DNA of 64,000 bases from an uncultured virus (IMG/VR IMGVR_UViG_3300042556_002263) (Duplodnaviria > Heunggongvirae > Uroviricota > Caudoviricetes): IMG/VR virus record IMGVR_UViG_3300042556_002263. One strand, 5' to 3'. The number at the start of each line of letters is the position of its first letter. The stretch's first letter is position 1. Below, piece after piece: positions 26,746 through 37,900 of this stretch. The notes under the pieces were generated by a model, which saw nothing but the letters and a program-made list of their open reading frames with translations, searched no databases and was not told the origin of the DNA. Both the position numbers and the translations under genes were made by a program.

Positions 26746-27171
26746 ATGGCAATCACGCCGACAACAATCGTGGGAAATCTCACAGCAGACCCACAACTCA
26801 AGTTCACCGCTGGTGGAAAGGCACAACTGACTTTCTCGCTCGCAGTGAATGACAACTACACCAACCAAGATGGCGACAAGGTCGAAAAGACTGCGTACTT
26901 CAATGTTGTTGCATGGGGTTACACCGCAGAGAACGCTGCGAACATTCTTGAAAAGGGAATGGGCGTAATCGTGGTCGGGACTCTCGACCAGCGTTCATGG
27001 GACGACAAGGAAACTGGTCAGAAGCGTTCAACCGTCGAAATCAAAGCGATGGAGATTGGCGCTCGTGTCGGTTCACTTGAGTCAGTCACCCGTCGTAAGT
27101 CCAATCAGGGCGATTCGTCCAGCAAGCCAGCACCGAAGCGTGTAACGGTTCCAGCAGACGAACCTTTCTAA
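26746..27171 (+). CDS. ssb: single-stranded DNA-binding protein
   Basis: IVGNLTADP, KG..VIVVG.L.QRSW, C-terminal DEPF. Confidence 0.95.
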   Translation: MAITPTTIVGNLTADPQLKFTAGGKAQLTFSLAVNDNYTNQDGDKVEKTAYFNVVAWGYTAENAANILEKGMGVIVVGTLDQRSWDDKETGQKRSTVEIKAMEIGARVGSLESVTRRKSNQGDSSSKPAPKRVTVPADEPF

Positions 27172-27199
27172 ATCGTTAAACCGCATTAGCGGAACATCT

Positions 27200-27240
27200 G
27201 CGAACCCCGTCCAGTACCCCCTGCTGGATGGGGTTTTCGC
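27200..27240 (+). terminator. hairpin terminator after ssb
   Basis: aaccccgtccagt/gctggatggggtt. Confidence 0.55.
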
Positions 27241-27252
27241 TATTATGCGTTT

Positions 27253-27672
27253 GTGACGACAGAACATCGCAAAGCCCCGCGTCGCGAAGTAGTTGAGATA
27301 CGAAGAGTCGGCGGTTGGGGAAAAGTTAAATACCATCATGTGCTTTCGTGCGGTCACATGGAGACACGACCGAGAGCATCTACATCGCCAAAACTTGCAT
27401 GCGTTGAATGTCTACGCACGGAGACACGAGTATCCGAAATGAAAGCGATACCACCTCCTGTCAGATTGCCAGTTGCGTCAGACGATGAAATGGCAACAGC
27501 AGAAACAGAGTTCTCTTTGATGCGTGCAACCATTGCTACGAGATTTGGTGTACCAACTGAGTCTGTTGATTTGGTAACAACGGATGACACTGGTATTCTT
27601 CGTGTTCGTTATGCGACAGTGTTCCTCACTGAAAAAGATGTGAATCGCATAACAAACAACAGGGAGGCATAG
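27253..27672 (+). CDS. hypothetical protein
   Basis: TATTAT-N6-GTG leaderless start; LSCGH, CVEC. Confidence 0.65.
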   Translation: MTTEHRKAPRREVVEIRRVGGWGKVKYHHVLSCGHMETRPRASTSPKLACVECLRTETRVSEMKAIPPPVRLPVASDDEMATAETEFSLMRATIATRFGVPTESVDLVTTDDTGILRVRYATVFLTEKDVNRITNNREA

Positions 27673-28025
27673 TGGGTCAAGGTGTGTTTGCTCCGGAAGA
27701 CGGGGCCTGTAAGGGTTATCCGACCGAATGGTGGTTTCCACTTCAAAAAACAGGCAAGCGTGATGAACTGATTCGTCTTCGTGAATCAACGCAAAAAGCA
27801 AAAACGATTTGTATTGGTTGTTCACACAAGCAAGAATGTCTTGAGTATTCACTACAGTGGGAACCGTGGGGTATTTGGGGTGGACTTGACGAACAAGAGC
27901 GTGCTCGCCTTCGCTGGGAGCGCAAAGTGAATCTTGGTAGAGAGGGCAGAATCGTCTTCAAGGGAGTCGGCTTGCGGGACGCAAACGGCGGAGAGTTTTT
28001 GTTGGAGAGGGCTGCAAAGCAGTGA
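27672..28025 (+). CDS. whiB: WhiB-family Fe-S transcription factor
   Basis: GAC...WFP...AKTICIGC....ECL...GIWGG.DEQER. Confidence 0.9.
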   Translation: MGQGVFAPEDGACKGYPTEWWFPLQKTGKRDELIRLRESTQKAKTICIGCSHKQECLEYSLQWEPWGIWGGLDEQERARLRWERKVNLGREGRIVFKGVGLRDANGGEFLLERAAKQ

Positions 28026-29722
28026 CACTTCAACACACAGATGATTTTCTCTCTCGTCTAAAAGGTGTTAGAGAAACAGCAAATGGATGGGAAGCACGAT
28101 GCCCGTGTCGCAATGATGACGACAATCCATCGTTATCAATATCTGAAGACGAATCAACTGGCAATATTCTTGTTACATGTCATCGGGGCTCACCGTGTTC
28201 AACAAAGCAGATATGCGAATCTGCTGGTGTGACAATGGCTTCTTTGTTCCCTCCGCAAAAGAGAACGAAAGAAAAACTTGACTTAGTAAAGACATACAAC
28301 TACAATGATGTTGATGGAACTTTATTGTTCCAAAAGTTGCGATATGTAGACGGCGCTGGAAAGAAAACATTCAGACAACGCAAACCAGATGGTCGTGGTG
28401 GTTGGGAATACTCGTTAGGTGATACGCCAAAAGTTTTGTACAACCTGCCCGCCGTTGTAAAAGCAGTAGCAGACGGATACCCAATCTGGGTCGTTGAGGG
28501 AGAGAAAGATGCTGACACGCTTATTGAACTCGGCATTATCGCGACCACGATGCCAGGCGGGGCTGGCAAGTGGCTCGACATACACACCGCTGTGCTTGCT
28601 GGTGCAGAAGTAGAAATCATCGCAGACAATGATGAACCAGGAATAGCGCATGCAAAGTTGGTGTTTGAAGAACTAACAAAGGCTGGATGTAGCGCAAACA
28701 TATGGGCTACACCAAAGGGCAAAGATGTAAGCGAATACCTTGCTGTCGGTGGAAGCCTTGATGACTTCGTTGCTCTCGAATATGCGCCAAAGAACGAACC
28801 CGAGGCCCCGCCTCAGGCCGATGTCTTCTCCGACGCAAAGTCGAAGTTGGAGGCTCTCCTCATCAGGAGCGACCTCACCCCACAGCAGATTCTTGTCAGA
28901 GCGCAAGACATTGCTTTACTGGCAGCGAGGGATAAGCCGACCGACTTCGGACGACTGGTTGATTGGGCTTCGTTTGTAAACGAGGGTGGAGACGATTCGT
29001 ATGACTGGGTCATAGATGAACTCATTGAGCGTGGCGAGCGAGTAATCGTTGTGGCGGCTGAGGGTGTCGGTAAAACAATGTTGGCACGGCAGGTAGCCAT
29101 TCTCTCTGGTTGTGGGATACATCCGTTCACCTATCAAAAGATGAAACAAATCAGGACATTGACGGTTGACCTTGAAAACCCAGAGCGAATCATCAGGAGA
29201 ACATCTACCGCAATCATGAAGACTGCCCTCGCTCGTGGATACACGAATAACCCGTCTGCTCAACTGCTGGTCAAACCATCGGGGCTGGACCTGCTCAAAC
29301 CCGAGGACAGAATGGTGTTGGAGAGGGCTATTGAGGACGCAAAGCCAGAGTTGCTTGTGATGGGTCCGCTGTACAAGGCGTTCATTGACCCAGGTGGTCG
29401 TACATCAGAAGCAGTCGCAGTAGAAGTCGCTCGTTATCTTGACTACATCAGAGATGTGTACAAATGCGCCCTGTGGTTGGAACACCACGCACCACTCGGT
29501 GAAAGCATGACAAATCGCCAACTTCGCCCGTTTGGCTCCGCCGTGTGGTCCCGCTGGCCAGAGTTCGGCATCTCGCTCACACCAGACCTCACAGGAGGGC
29601 TTCATGTTTACGATGTACGACATTTCAGAGGTGCTCGTGACGAACGCCCATTTCCTACTAAAATGAGGAGAGGAAAACTCTTCCCGTTTGAAGTGTTGGA
29701 ATACGCCAAGGTGAACAAATGA
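28022..29722 (+). CDS. primase-helicase (Zn finger + TOPRIM + RecA-like AAA_25)
   Basis: CPC..D..PSL, VVEGEKDAD, ADND, AAEGVGKT, VDLEN. Confidence 0.85.
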   Translation: MTLQHTDDFLSRLKGVRETANGWEARCPCRNDDDNPSLSISEDESTGNILVTCHRGSPCSTKQICESAGVTMASLFPPQKRTKEKLDLVKTYNYNDVDGTLLFQKLRYVDGAGKKTFRQRKPDGRGGWEYSLGDTPKVLYNLPAVVKAVADGYPIWVVEGEKDADTLIELGIIATTMPGGAGKWLDIHTAVLAGAEVEIIADNDEPGIAHAKLVFEELTKAGCSANIWATPKGKDVSEYLAVGGSLDDFVALEYAPKNEPEAPPQADVFSDAKSKLEALLIRSDLTPQQILVRAQDIALLAARDKPTDFGRLVDWASFVNEGGDDSYDWVIDELIERGERVIVVAAEGVGKTMLARQVAILSGCGIHPFTYQKMKQIRTLTVDLENPERIIRRTSTAIMKTALARGYTNNPSAQLLVKPSGLDLLKPEDRMVLERAIEDAKPELLVMGPLYKAFIDPGGRTSEAVAVEVARYLDYIRDVYKCALWLEHHAPLGESMTNRQLRPFGSAVWSRWPEFGISLTPDLTGGLHVYDVRHFRGARDERPFPTKMRRGKLFPFEVLEYAKVNK

Positions 29723-30360
29723 GCAAACAAAATAAAGTCATGACCAGAGAGTTTCTGGCAGAACGGGACCTCCGTGTCTTCAAGATGCGTCAGGCTGGCG
29801 TTTCCGCTCAGGAGATAGCAAGAAGATTTGACATGTCAACCAGCGCAGTTAATATGGCTGTGCGCCGACAGTTGGAGAAGATGAACAAGGAGGCATTGCT
29901 CGCCTACCCAGAGGTTCTCCGCATGGAACTAGAGCGTTTGGATAACTTACAAGCAGCCATTTGGCCTCTGACTCAGCATCGCAAGGTCAAGATGGATGAC
30001 GGTACAGAAGTAGCCGTCGAGCCAGACATGAAGGCTGTACAACAGGTTTTGTCAATCATAGACAGAAGAGCAAAACTTCTCGGCATGGAACAGTCCTCGT
30101 CCAACAACATCAATGTCAACATGGACATCAGAAACACCGAAACAACAATAAACGCAACTCTTGCCGGTGCTGCCGCCAGCCCCGCTGCCGTCAACGCCTT
30201 CGACCCAGAAACAGAGGCACGGAAACTGCTGGAAATCATGGGAGCATCTGGCGTGCTGCCATCTGCTACTGTTACTGGAATATTGGCACAAGCAACAAGA
30301 AATGAAGAAGTCTTGATAGACTCAGACATTGTGGATGCGGAGATTATCGATGAGCGATAA
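29719..30360 (+). CDS. HTH protein, possible terminase small subunit
   Basis: R.AG.S.QEIA...ELERLD.L...IIDRRAKLLG. Confidence 0.5.
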   Translation: MSKQNKVMTREFLAERDLRVFKMRQAGVSAQEIARRFDMSTSAVNMAVRRQLEKMNKEALLAYPEVLRMELERLDNLQAAIWPLTQHRKVKMDDGTEVAVEPDMKAVQQVLSIIDRRAKLLGMEQSSSNNINVNMDIRNTETTINATLAGAAASPAAVNAFDPETEARKLLEIMGASGVLPSATVTGILAQATRNEEVLIDSDIVDAEIIDER

Positions 30361-30655
30361 CAAGAACATAGAGGCTGCGTTAGAGAACGAGATTGCGCAG
30401 GGTCTACACATCTCCACGGAGTTGTCACCAGAGTCGGGTCCAGCGGACAAGACAGTTCTTATCCGTTTGACTGAGTACGACAGGGAGAGATGGAAGCAGG
30501 CTTCTGAGAAGATTGGCAAGACAATGTCTCAAATGATTCGTGAAGCAGTCAATGATTTTGTAACAGAAACAATCGACTGCACCCATCCAGTCAACATGCG
30601 TCGTTACTACCCGTGGTCGGAGTTCTGCCTGAAATGCGAGACGAGACTGAGGTAA
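30350..30655 (+). CDS. ribbon-helix-helix protein
   Basis: KTVLIRLT...W..AS...GKTMSQMIREAV. Confidence 0.6.
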   Translation: MSDNKNIEAALENEIAQGLHISTELSPESGPADKTVLIRLTEYDRERWKQASEKIGKTMSQMIREAVNDFVTETIDCTHPVNMRRYYPWSEFCLKCETRLR

Positions 30656-30822
30656 CGGGGCCCCTGCGTAAGGTGCCCCTCGCTGTCGCCGCGTATAGGT
30701 ATGCGGCTTGCAAGAAATGCCCGCACATGCGCAAGTGGGGCAAGAAATGTAAGTTGTGCGGCTGTTTTCTGCTTACAAAAGTTGAGTACGAAATGGAGTC
30801 TTGCCCTCTCGGAAAGTGGTAA
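30613..30822 (+). CDS. small Cys-rich protein (DUF6171-like)
   Basis: CKKC...CKLCGCF...K...CPLGKW; start uncertain. Confidence 0.55.
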   Translation: MVGVLPEMRDETEVTGPLRKVPLAVAAYRYAACKKCPHMRKWGKKCKLCGCFLLTKVEYEMESCPLGKW

Positions 30823-30834
30823 TATGAACCTTCT

Positions 30835-31023
30835 TTGATGGAGGTGAGTATGACCATTCTCTTTTTTGTTTTATCTATTGCGCTTGCTTGCCAGTGGGTC
30901 GCTATTGCAAGGCTCCATAGGAGAGTTGATTACATTCGTGCCGAACTGGACAGACAGGCGGGGGCAATACGGGGTATGAAGTTGATTTTTCAGATGATGT
31001 CTAAGAAGGCAAGAAAAAAGTAG
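30835..31023 (+). CDS. small membrane protein
   Basis: hydrophobic N-terminus; SD ggaggt before ATG 30850. Confidence 0.5.
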   Translation: MMEVSMTILFFVLSIALACQWVAIARLHRRVDYIRAELDRQAGAIRGMKLIFQMMSKKARKK

Positions 31024-31031
31024 AAATCTAA

Positions 31032-31922
31032 CTACTTGTTGCGGGCGTTGCGACCCGCTCTCTCAGCAGCCTCTGTGTTTCCAACGAACTGATTACCCGC
31101 GCGACTTCCCTTGATTTTCTTTCTATTCGTCGCTGCCCTCTGCGCAGGTGTAAGACGACGCCAAGCACTAGCAGGAAGATACCTACGAGTGCCACCTTCT
31201 CGTATCGCTGGTTTGCCATCTGATGTTGTCCATTTCTCCCGTGTCCACTTCTTCAACGAACGCTGAGTCTTTCGTGGCTTACCCTTGTAGCCACCCCCAG
31301 CCTTTCTGTATTCAAGAGCAAGCAACTGCGCTTTTCTGGCTGACCACTGCCCCGGCTTTCCGCCCTTGCTCCCAGCCATTATGCGATTCTTTATGTTCTC
31401 CCTGAGTTTCGGCTTTGTGTACGAGCCTTCCTTGAACTCAACCGTGGGGGCATTGGACAGGAAATCTTTGGTTGACAGTTCAACCCAGTCAAGCGACTTG
31501 CCCTTCACCGTGCGTGTTTGTATGCGCGCCTCTTTGAACAACTCGTCAAGATGGTTTTCGTCCCTGACTTTGCCTACGCGAACATCCTTGTAGCCAAACC
31601 TATTTATGAACTTTGACGGGGTGTAATACTTTTCTTTGAGCCACTCATTCCAGTAGTCTTCCGACTCCTTGCTGGATGAATGTGCTGTGTAGACACCGTT
31701 TTCGTCATTGGTTGGCGTTACATACACGAACAGCACCGAGGCTGTTTCGGGAAGCGGTGGACCAGATGTAACCAAGAAGTAGTAGGTCGTCTCGTTCTGC
31801 GCTTCTTTCTCTGCTTCCAGAATCATGTCCGACAACTCTTGGCGTAGTTCTGGGTCCGTTGTCATAGATAGTTGGTTGTACAGGTTGTACAGAAGTACTT
31901 TGTTCTTGTCGTCAGAAATCAA
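31032..31922 (-). CDS. phage protein with C-terminal DUF5872-like domain
   Basis: YTKP.LRE.IK....GSKGGKPGQWSARKAQ...Y...GGGY. Confidence 0.7.
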   Translation of the reverse strand: MISDDKNKVLLYNLYNQLSMTTDPELRQELSDMILEAEKEAQNETTYYFLVTSGPPLPETASVLFVYVTPTNDENGVYTAHSSSKESEDYWNEWLKEKYYTPSKFINRFGYKDVRVGKVRDENHLDELFKEARIQTRTVKGKSLDWVELSTKDFLSNAPTVEFKEGSYTKPKLRENIKNRIMAGSKGGKPGQWSARKAQLLALEYRKAGGGYKGKPRKTQRSLKKWTREKWTTSDGKPAIREGGTRRYLPASAWRRLTPAQRAATNRKKIKGSRAGNQFVGNTEAAERAGRNARNK

Positions 31923-34900
31923 AACGATACTCCCCTTCTTGACGCTGCCATTGCTTTAAGTCTTTCAACAGGTATGCCGAGGAACTTAGAAAGCATCTCA
32001 TAGTGGGCATCTACAAGCCCACGCTGTGCCCTGCCCTTAGGGTAAAAGATTTCTCTCATTGCCTCAGCAATGTACTCTAGTCTATTTGAAGCGGCGTAGT
32101 TGCTAATCATTTTTGCTATTTCTTTTTCGCTACTCGTTAGTTCAACGCCCCTACCCGACTTGACTCCAGCCACAAAGTCTTCCTGTAGTGCTTTTCTAGC
32201 ACTTTCATTCATCTCTACAGCCATTGCGTGGATTGTATGAGCAAGTTCATGGACGATAACTTCCTCAGCGCTTAGATTACCCATTCCGTACTTGTTCATT
32301 CCTGTCGCTATGTGTTCTGGGAATGCGAGTACACCCATGCCAGTATGGTATTGACCCTGTGTTCCAAACCAATTCTCAGTCATACTCAGGAGTGGTGATT
32401 CAGTCCCGCCATTACTTATGTTCCATCTTGTAACAAACATTGGTGGAATGTCAAACTCGGAAAGAATTCTTGCGAATTCAGGATTTGAGTCAAGAAGTTT
32501 TCCGAGCCTGTCAGCAAGAAGTTTTTGCTTTTCCCAGTCCACCTCCATCATCTCCAGTTTCTTCATAGTCTTCTTCACGCCCTTACCCTTTGAGTATGGG
32601 GAATTCTCAAGAAGCGACCTCACCTGCTCAGGGCTTGTTGGGATAGCACGCCTTACGAACTCGCCAGTACTACTTGGCGCAGGGCGGGGCTTGTCTGTAG
32701 CACCATAAATCTTGACCAACTTTCTTGACTTGCCACGCGCTGAAGCAAATCCCTGCGGTGCTGATGCGGAGGCGAATCCACCCCTTTGAGGGGCGTCATC
32801 ACGACCACCTATTGCTAACCACAATATTTCAGTAATCTCGTCGTCTGACATCTCTGCGAGTTCGGTCCACCTAGAAAGAACTGATTCAACACCTTCGTCA
32901 ATTTCTCTGTAAAGATACGCAGAATCAGATGATGTCCAGGAACCTTCACCTACTTCGGATAGCAGTCCAGTCGAGTGACCTATGACCTTTTGTGATTCAT
33001 CACGTATTCTTCTGTGTTTCTCAGCAATGTCAAGTCTGTAGTCTTTCATCGCCTCTTGAACTAGTTGGCGTATTTGGTTCTTGCTCAAGTTTCCAAAAGA
33101 CTGTAGGTCCATACTTCTAGCAAACAAAAATCTGTTGGTTATCATGTCTGCAACAGATTGATTGCTCTCTGGGTGCAGTGCATCTCCGTGGTCTATCGGG
33201 ACTATTGCTATTGAGCCATCTGGCTGAGCAGCCAAGAGATAGTTGCCAGAGTTCCTATCTCTATTGTCCATAACTGCATCAATAAGACCTTGGCGAAGTG
33301 CGGATATTGGGCTTATGTCTTCGCGGGCTATGTTGTTGTTCTTCAGGTTGTCGCCGTCTCCAATTATGCGACTATGTCTATTTTGTGCCAACTCTGTAAC
33401 AAAAGCGATTCCTGGTCTTTGTTCTGGAGCCCGTCCATCTTCCGCACCAGCACCAAGGCTGCTTCTCCTTACTATTCTTATTGGCATTGGTGCAAAGCCA
33501 AGTTCTTCGTTGATTGTGTTGGCAATAGCCTCTCTCACCGCCCCCTGAACAGAATCTTCGGCGCTGTGCTTGACTATTGGGATGACTTCATCGCTTTTGC
33601 TCCAATTGACAGATGCTTCAAATTTGAGTCCTAGATACCCACCAGTCTTTGTGTCCCGCAAACGAATCATTCCATGAACACCGCCACCAGCGGCTAGGAA
33701 CTCAAACCTGCCTCCTGCCTTAGCGAGTCTCCATCCACTTTCTCTCTCGCCAGGAATTTGGGAGGCATTGCGCAGTATTGACTCAATCAAGAACTCATCT
33801 GGAACTTCCGAAAGATTACCGCCGAACTCAACATAATCCATTGCTGATTCGAGCGAATCGAGTTTTACCGTCTGACCAGTTCTTGGGTGTACAACCTCAT
33901 TGCCAACTTTCACCCTCTTTTGTGTTGTTCCAGAAGCATCGGCATGTGCCACCTCTGTATTTGGCATTTCTTTTCTGAGTTCTATTCCGTGTGTTGTTGT
34001 TTTCCACTCTTGTGTACTGGAAGCAAAACCACGGTGACGAGCATCTGCGTTGACTATCCTAACTAAATCATTATTTGTTGCGTTATTTAGCGTGTCTCTG
34101 TTGCTTGATGCGAACCCGCGCGGACGGGGCTCAAGCGGCGAACCGTCTTTGCCAAATGCTGGCGTCTTGTCGATGTCCCTCTCAAGGATGTCTACTACGT
34201 CCCAGATATCGCCTTTGTAGTTGATTGCTAGGTTCATCAACTCTATTAGACTATCGCCACGCTCTCCATCAAGACCAAGCGCTCTGTTGGTCGCCTCTGG
34301 GCGCGCTTGTGAAAGCCTATCGACTACATAGTTTCTTAGTATGTGTCTTGCTACTTGCTGAATTTCGCCTTCTGTAAGAAGTTGTTTCACTTCACTATGC
34401 TTTAACAACGAGAGAACTGCAAGACCATTGGCAAACTCTCCGTGTCTATCAAAGCCCCTACCAATTGCTATGTGCCCTATTGCTTCGTGTAGAAGTTCAA
34501 ATGTATCTGTGGCTCCACCATATGCCTGTGAGCCATCAATGAGAGAACCTACATACAAAGCAGCCCAAGAAGAATCACCTTCAAGTATTCTGAGTTCGTC
34601 ATCAAGGTCAATATCATCTGCTACAAGGGTTCCACGAAGACGGCTTGGAGTGTCTTGTCTCTTGGTCTTTCCGATAATTGAGTCAATTCTTTCTGAAGCC
34701 CATTGTGTGAACTTCTTCATGCCAGAATCTCTATCCGACATAGGGCCAGAGCCGCGTCTTGCCATCGGGTCATTGCCTTCTCGCAGTTTGGCAATAACAG
34801 CCTCAACCGTTTCGTCACCAGGAACTTCTATTACTGACCAGTCTCTTCTGTCTTCTAGGAGACCAAAGAACGCTGGGTGTGGGTCAGCCATAATCATTGG

Positions 34901-37900
34901 GATATCGTCTGCGCTAATGACTATGCGCATGGAGTCAAGAAGACGGGACTTGTGTTCGTCTACTCCCTCTGCGAACTTGTATCGCTTCAAGCGACCACCA
35001 GATATTGCCTCCAACGAACGGGTAAATGTTTCTTTAGCGACTCTTGCGGCTTTACCAGTGAGACCCATCTCCCGTACGACAGCATCGCCAGTATCTTCGT
35101 TTTTTTCCGGGAGGTTCATTTCTGTAAGTCGCCTTGACTGTCGAACCACATCTCTGGTTGCAATCTTTACACGCTCGTCGCTTGATGCGCTAGCAAATCC
35201 TTTACTCGCTCCAGAATGTGTATTGCCATCATCAAGAAGAGCAATAAATTCTTTCATGTCTTCGTCGGAAGAACTACCGTGTAGGGCGTCATAGATTGAT
35301 TCAGACCTGTCCCACCAATATGTACCTTCAGGGAATTCTGGAGACTCTTCTTCTCTGTCTCTTGAGAATCTGTCTTCAATTCTATTTTGTTCTAGTGAGT
35401 AAAACCATTTTCCCTTTAGGGCGAGAATATCCGATTCTGAAATATTATTTTCTTCTGCCCATCTATCGATAAGCGAAAACATCGCAAGCATGTTTGCCCA
35501 CTCGCCGTGTCTATCAAATCCACGACCAGTACCCATGTGACCCCAAAGGTCATGGGCGTGAAGAAAATCGTCTTCTCCGAATACATTTCGTATGCTTGGG
35601 TCAGACAGGTCGTTTAACCCATGAAGATACTGACCAATCCACAAAAAACCATTTGGAACATTGCTCTTTTGTCCAACATTTGTTTGATTCTGTTCTGCTA
35701 TTTTGTCATACAGCCTCATCGCCCATTCGCTGAATTCAACTTCTCTCTGAATAATTCGCTCTTGTGTTGCGATTCGTCTATCACGTTCTGCCTGGTCGCC
35801 CCGCTCCCGTGGCAGGAGAATTTTTGCGCCCATGCGTTCTAGTTGCGCTTTTATTTTTTGCAACGTTTCTTCTCTTGGAGCCCTTACGGCACTCCAATTG
35901 CGCTTATCTGGGAATTCATCTACAAGCAGCGGGTGTGGTTCTGCAAAAATGTAAGGTATTCCATCTTCTCCAACTGCTATGCGAATGGAGTTAAGCAGTC
36001 TTTCTTTTTGAGATTCTAAAGATGGGTTAACTGGACTTTCCAGCACATCTTTACCAGATGGCAACAGTTCTTCTAGTATTTGTCTTTCTTCTTCAGACAA
36101 CTCTAGTTCATTTGCTATTTCTTCGCTTGTTTTACCTTGTGGGTTTACTGCGTCAGAGCGTGAAGCGAAGCCAATGCGACGCTCTATTGACTTGACTGTT
36201 TCTGCTTGCTTTGGGTCTTTTATGAGACTTGATAGGTCACGGCTACGAGTTGCCGAAACAAAACCCCTACGCATAGATGGGTTTCTTTCCTCTGTCTTAA
36301 AAACACCGGTGGGCTTACCGTGTTGTCTGTCTATGTGTCTAAGAATCGAGTTCTCATCCATTGACCCAAGCCTGTATTCCATTGCGTGAACACCGTCATT
36401 GTTGCGGAAAGGGTCAAGCCTTACATCTGTACCCTCTGTACCAGCCCTGTTATTGAATACTTCATACATCCCGTGACCATTCTCGGAATGTAGACCGCCC
36501 CTGTGTACTCCGAGGTCTGCTGCGACGGTTGTAACAAAGTCGTCAAATCCAGGATAGTCAACATTGTTGGGCGTTCCCTTAACACTCATGGTGCCAAACT
36601 CATCCTGTAAAATACTGCTTGTTATCTTCTTTCTGTCTTCATCAGCCTCTACTCTTCGTACAACAGTAGAGCCTTTTCTTAGTTTCAGTTTCTGACCTGG
36701 CTTTGGTGTGAAGTATGTATCAACTCCGAGAAGGTTGCCGAGAGATTCAGTGCCGTTGTCGTCAAGAACATCTGTCAACGGAACCATAATCAGATAGCCA
36801 CCGCCAGTTTGTTGCCAACCCCAATGCTCCTCTACGGAATGGTTGAGTGTGAAGTGGATTGTTTCTCTGTCTACATCTATGTACTCGCTAGGGGCCCCGA
36901 GTACAAGATTGCCGTCTTCGTCATACTCTGGTTCAAACTCTGTCCATCTAACAAGAACCAGGTCTTTTGCGGTAGGCGTGTATGAGCGAGCCTCTTCGTC
37001 AGAGACATACGCACTCTCTTCGCCATTTTTTCTCTTTCTGGCGTAGAGAATGGAATGAGCCATAACACGAAGTCTGTCTTTAAACCCTTCATCAGAGCGA
37101 ATTTCTTCGGCAATGCTCTTCGCCTTTTCTATCTCCGCCTGTCTCTCTCTGTCTGCTATCTCCCTACCAGCAGCGGCGTATCTATCGAACTCTTTCCTGG
37201 CTTCTTCATCACCCATTGTGGCGGCATACAGAAGTGCTGATATCTCTGTTGAGTTGGTTTGTTTGTAGTCGTCCGTGAGTTGACCATCGCTAGTACCCGA
37301 ACCAATGTGCGCATAGAACCAGTCAAGGGCAACCTTGTCCCCCTCTGGTGTTCCTCTTTCTAGCCCAGTAATGTCATACGGGTTAAGTGGGACATTGCGA
37401 GCGTCACCAATGTCCATACCATGTCTGTCCTGTACACCGAATACAACCTTTTCACCGTTAATGTCGTAAATAACCACCCCGAGAACACTTCTTGAGGTTT
37501 GGTCCTTACCCCACTCCTCTGAGCCAGGGTTATGGCGAATGGTGGTCGGATTAAAGCGACCTACTATTTCTTCTCTCACATTCCCGGAAGAAGAGGCAAA
37601 CCCACGACCTCTTGGTCTAACAATTCCTTGCTCCACCCGTATTGTTTCTAAGTCTTCATCATTTAGACCGTTGAGCATCGCTCTGCGTAGTCTCTTGCCC
37701 AACTTCTGGTAGTGGTATACATCTCCATCCGTGGCATCACGAACCGACGGGTCCCGTCGGATACGGTCGCTGACAATATCCATCAGGATGTTCATGATGT
37801 CCATTGCGTCCGTATGGGTTATCTCCCCGTTGTTGAGTCGCTCTATTGTCTGGTCAATCCATTCGCCGTCAAGAACATCACGGGTTCTACCCGTCATCAT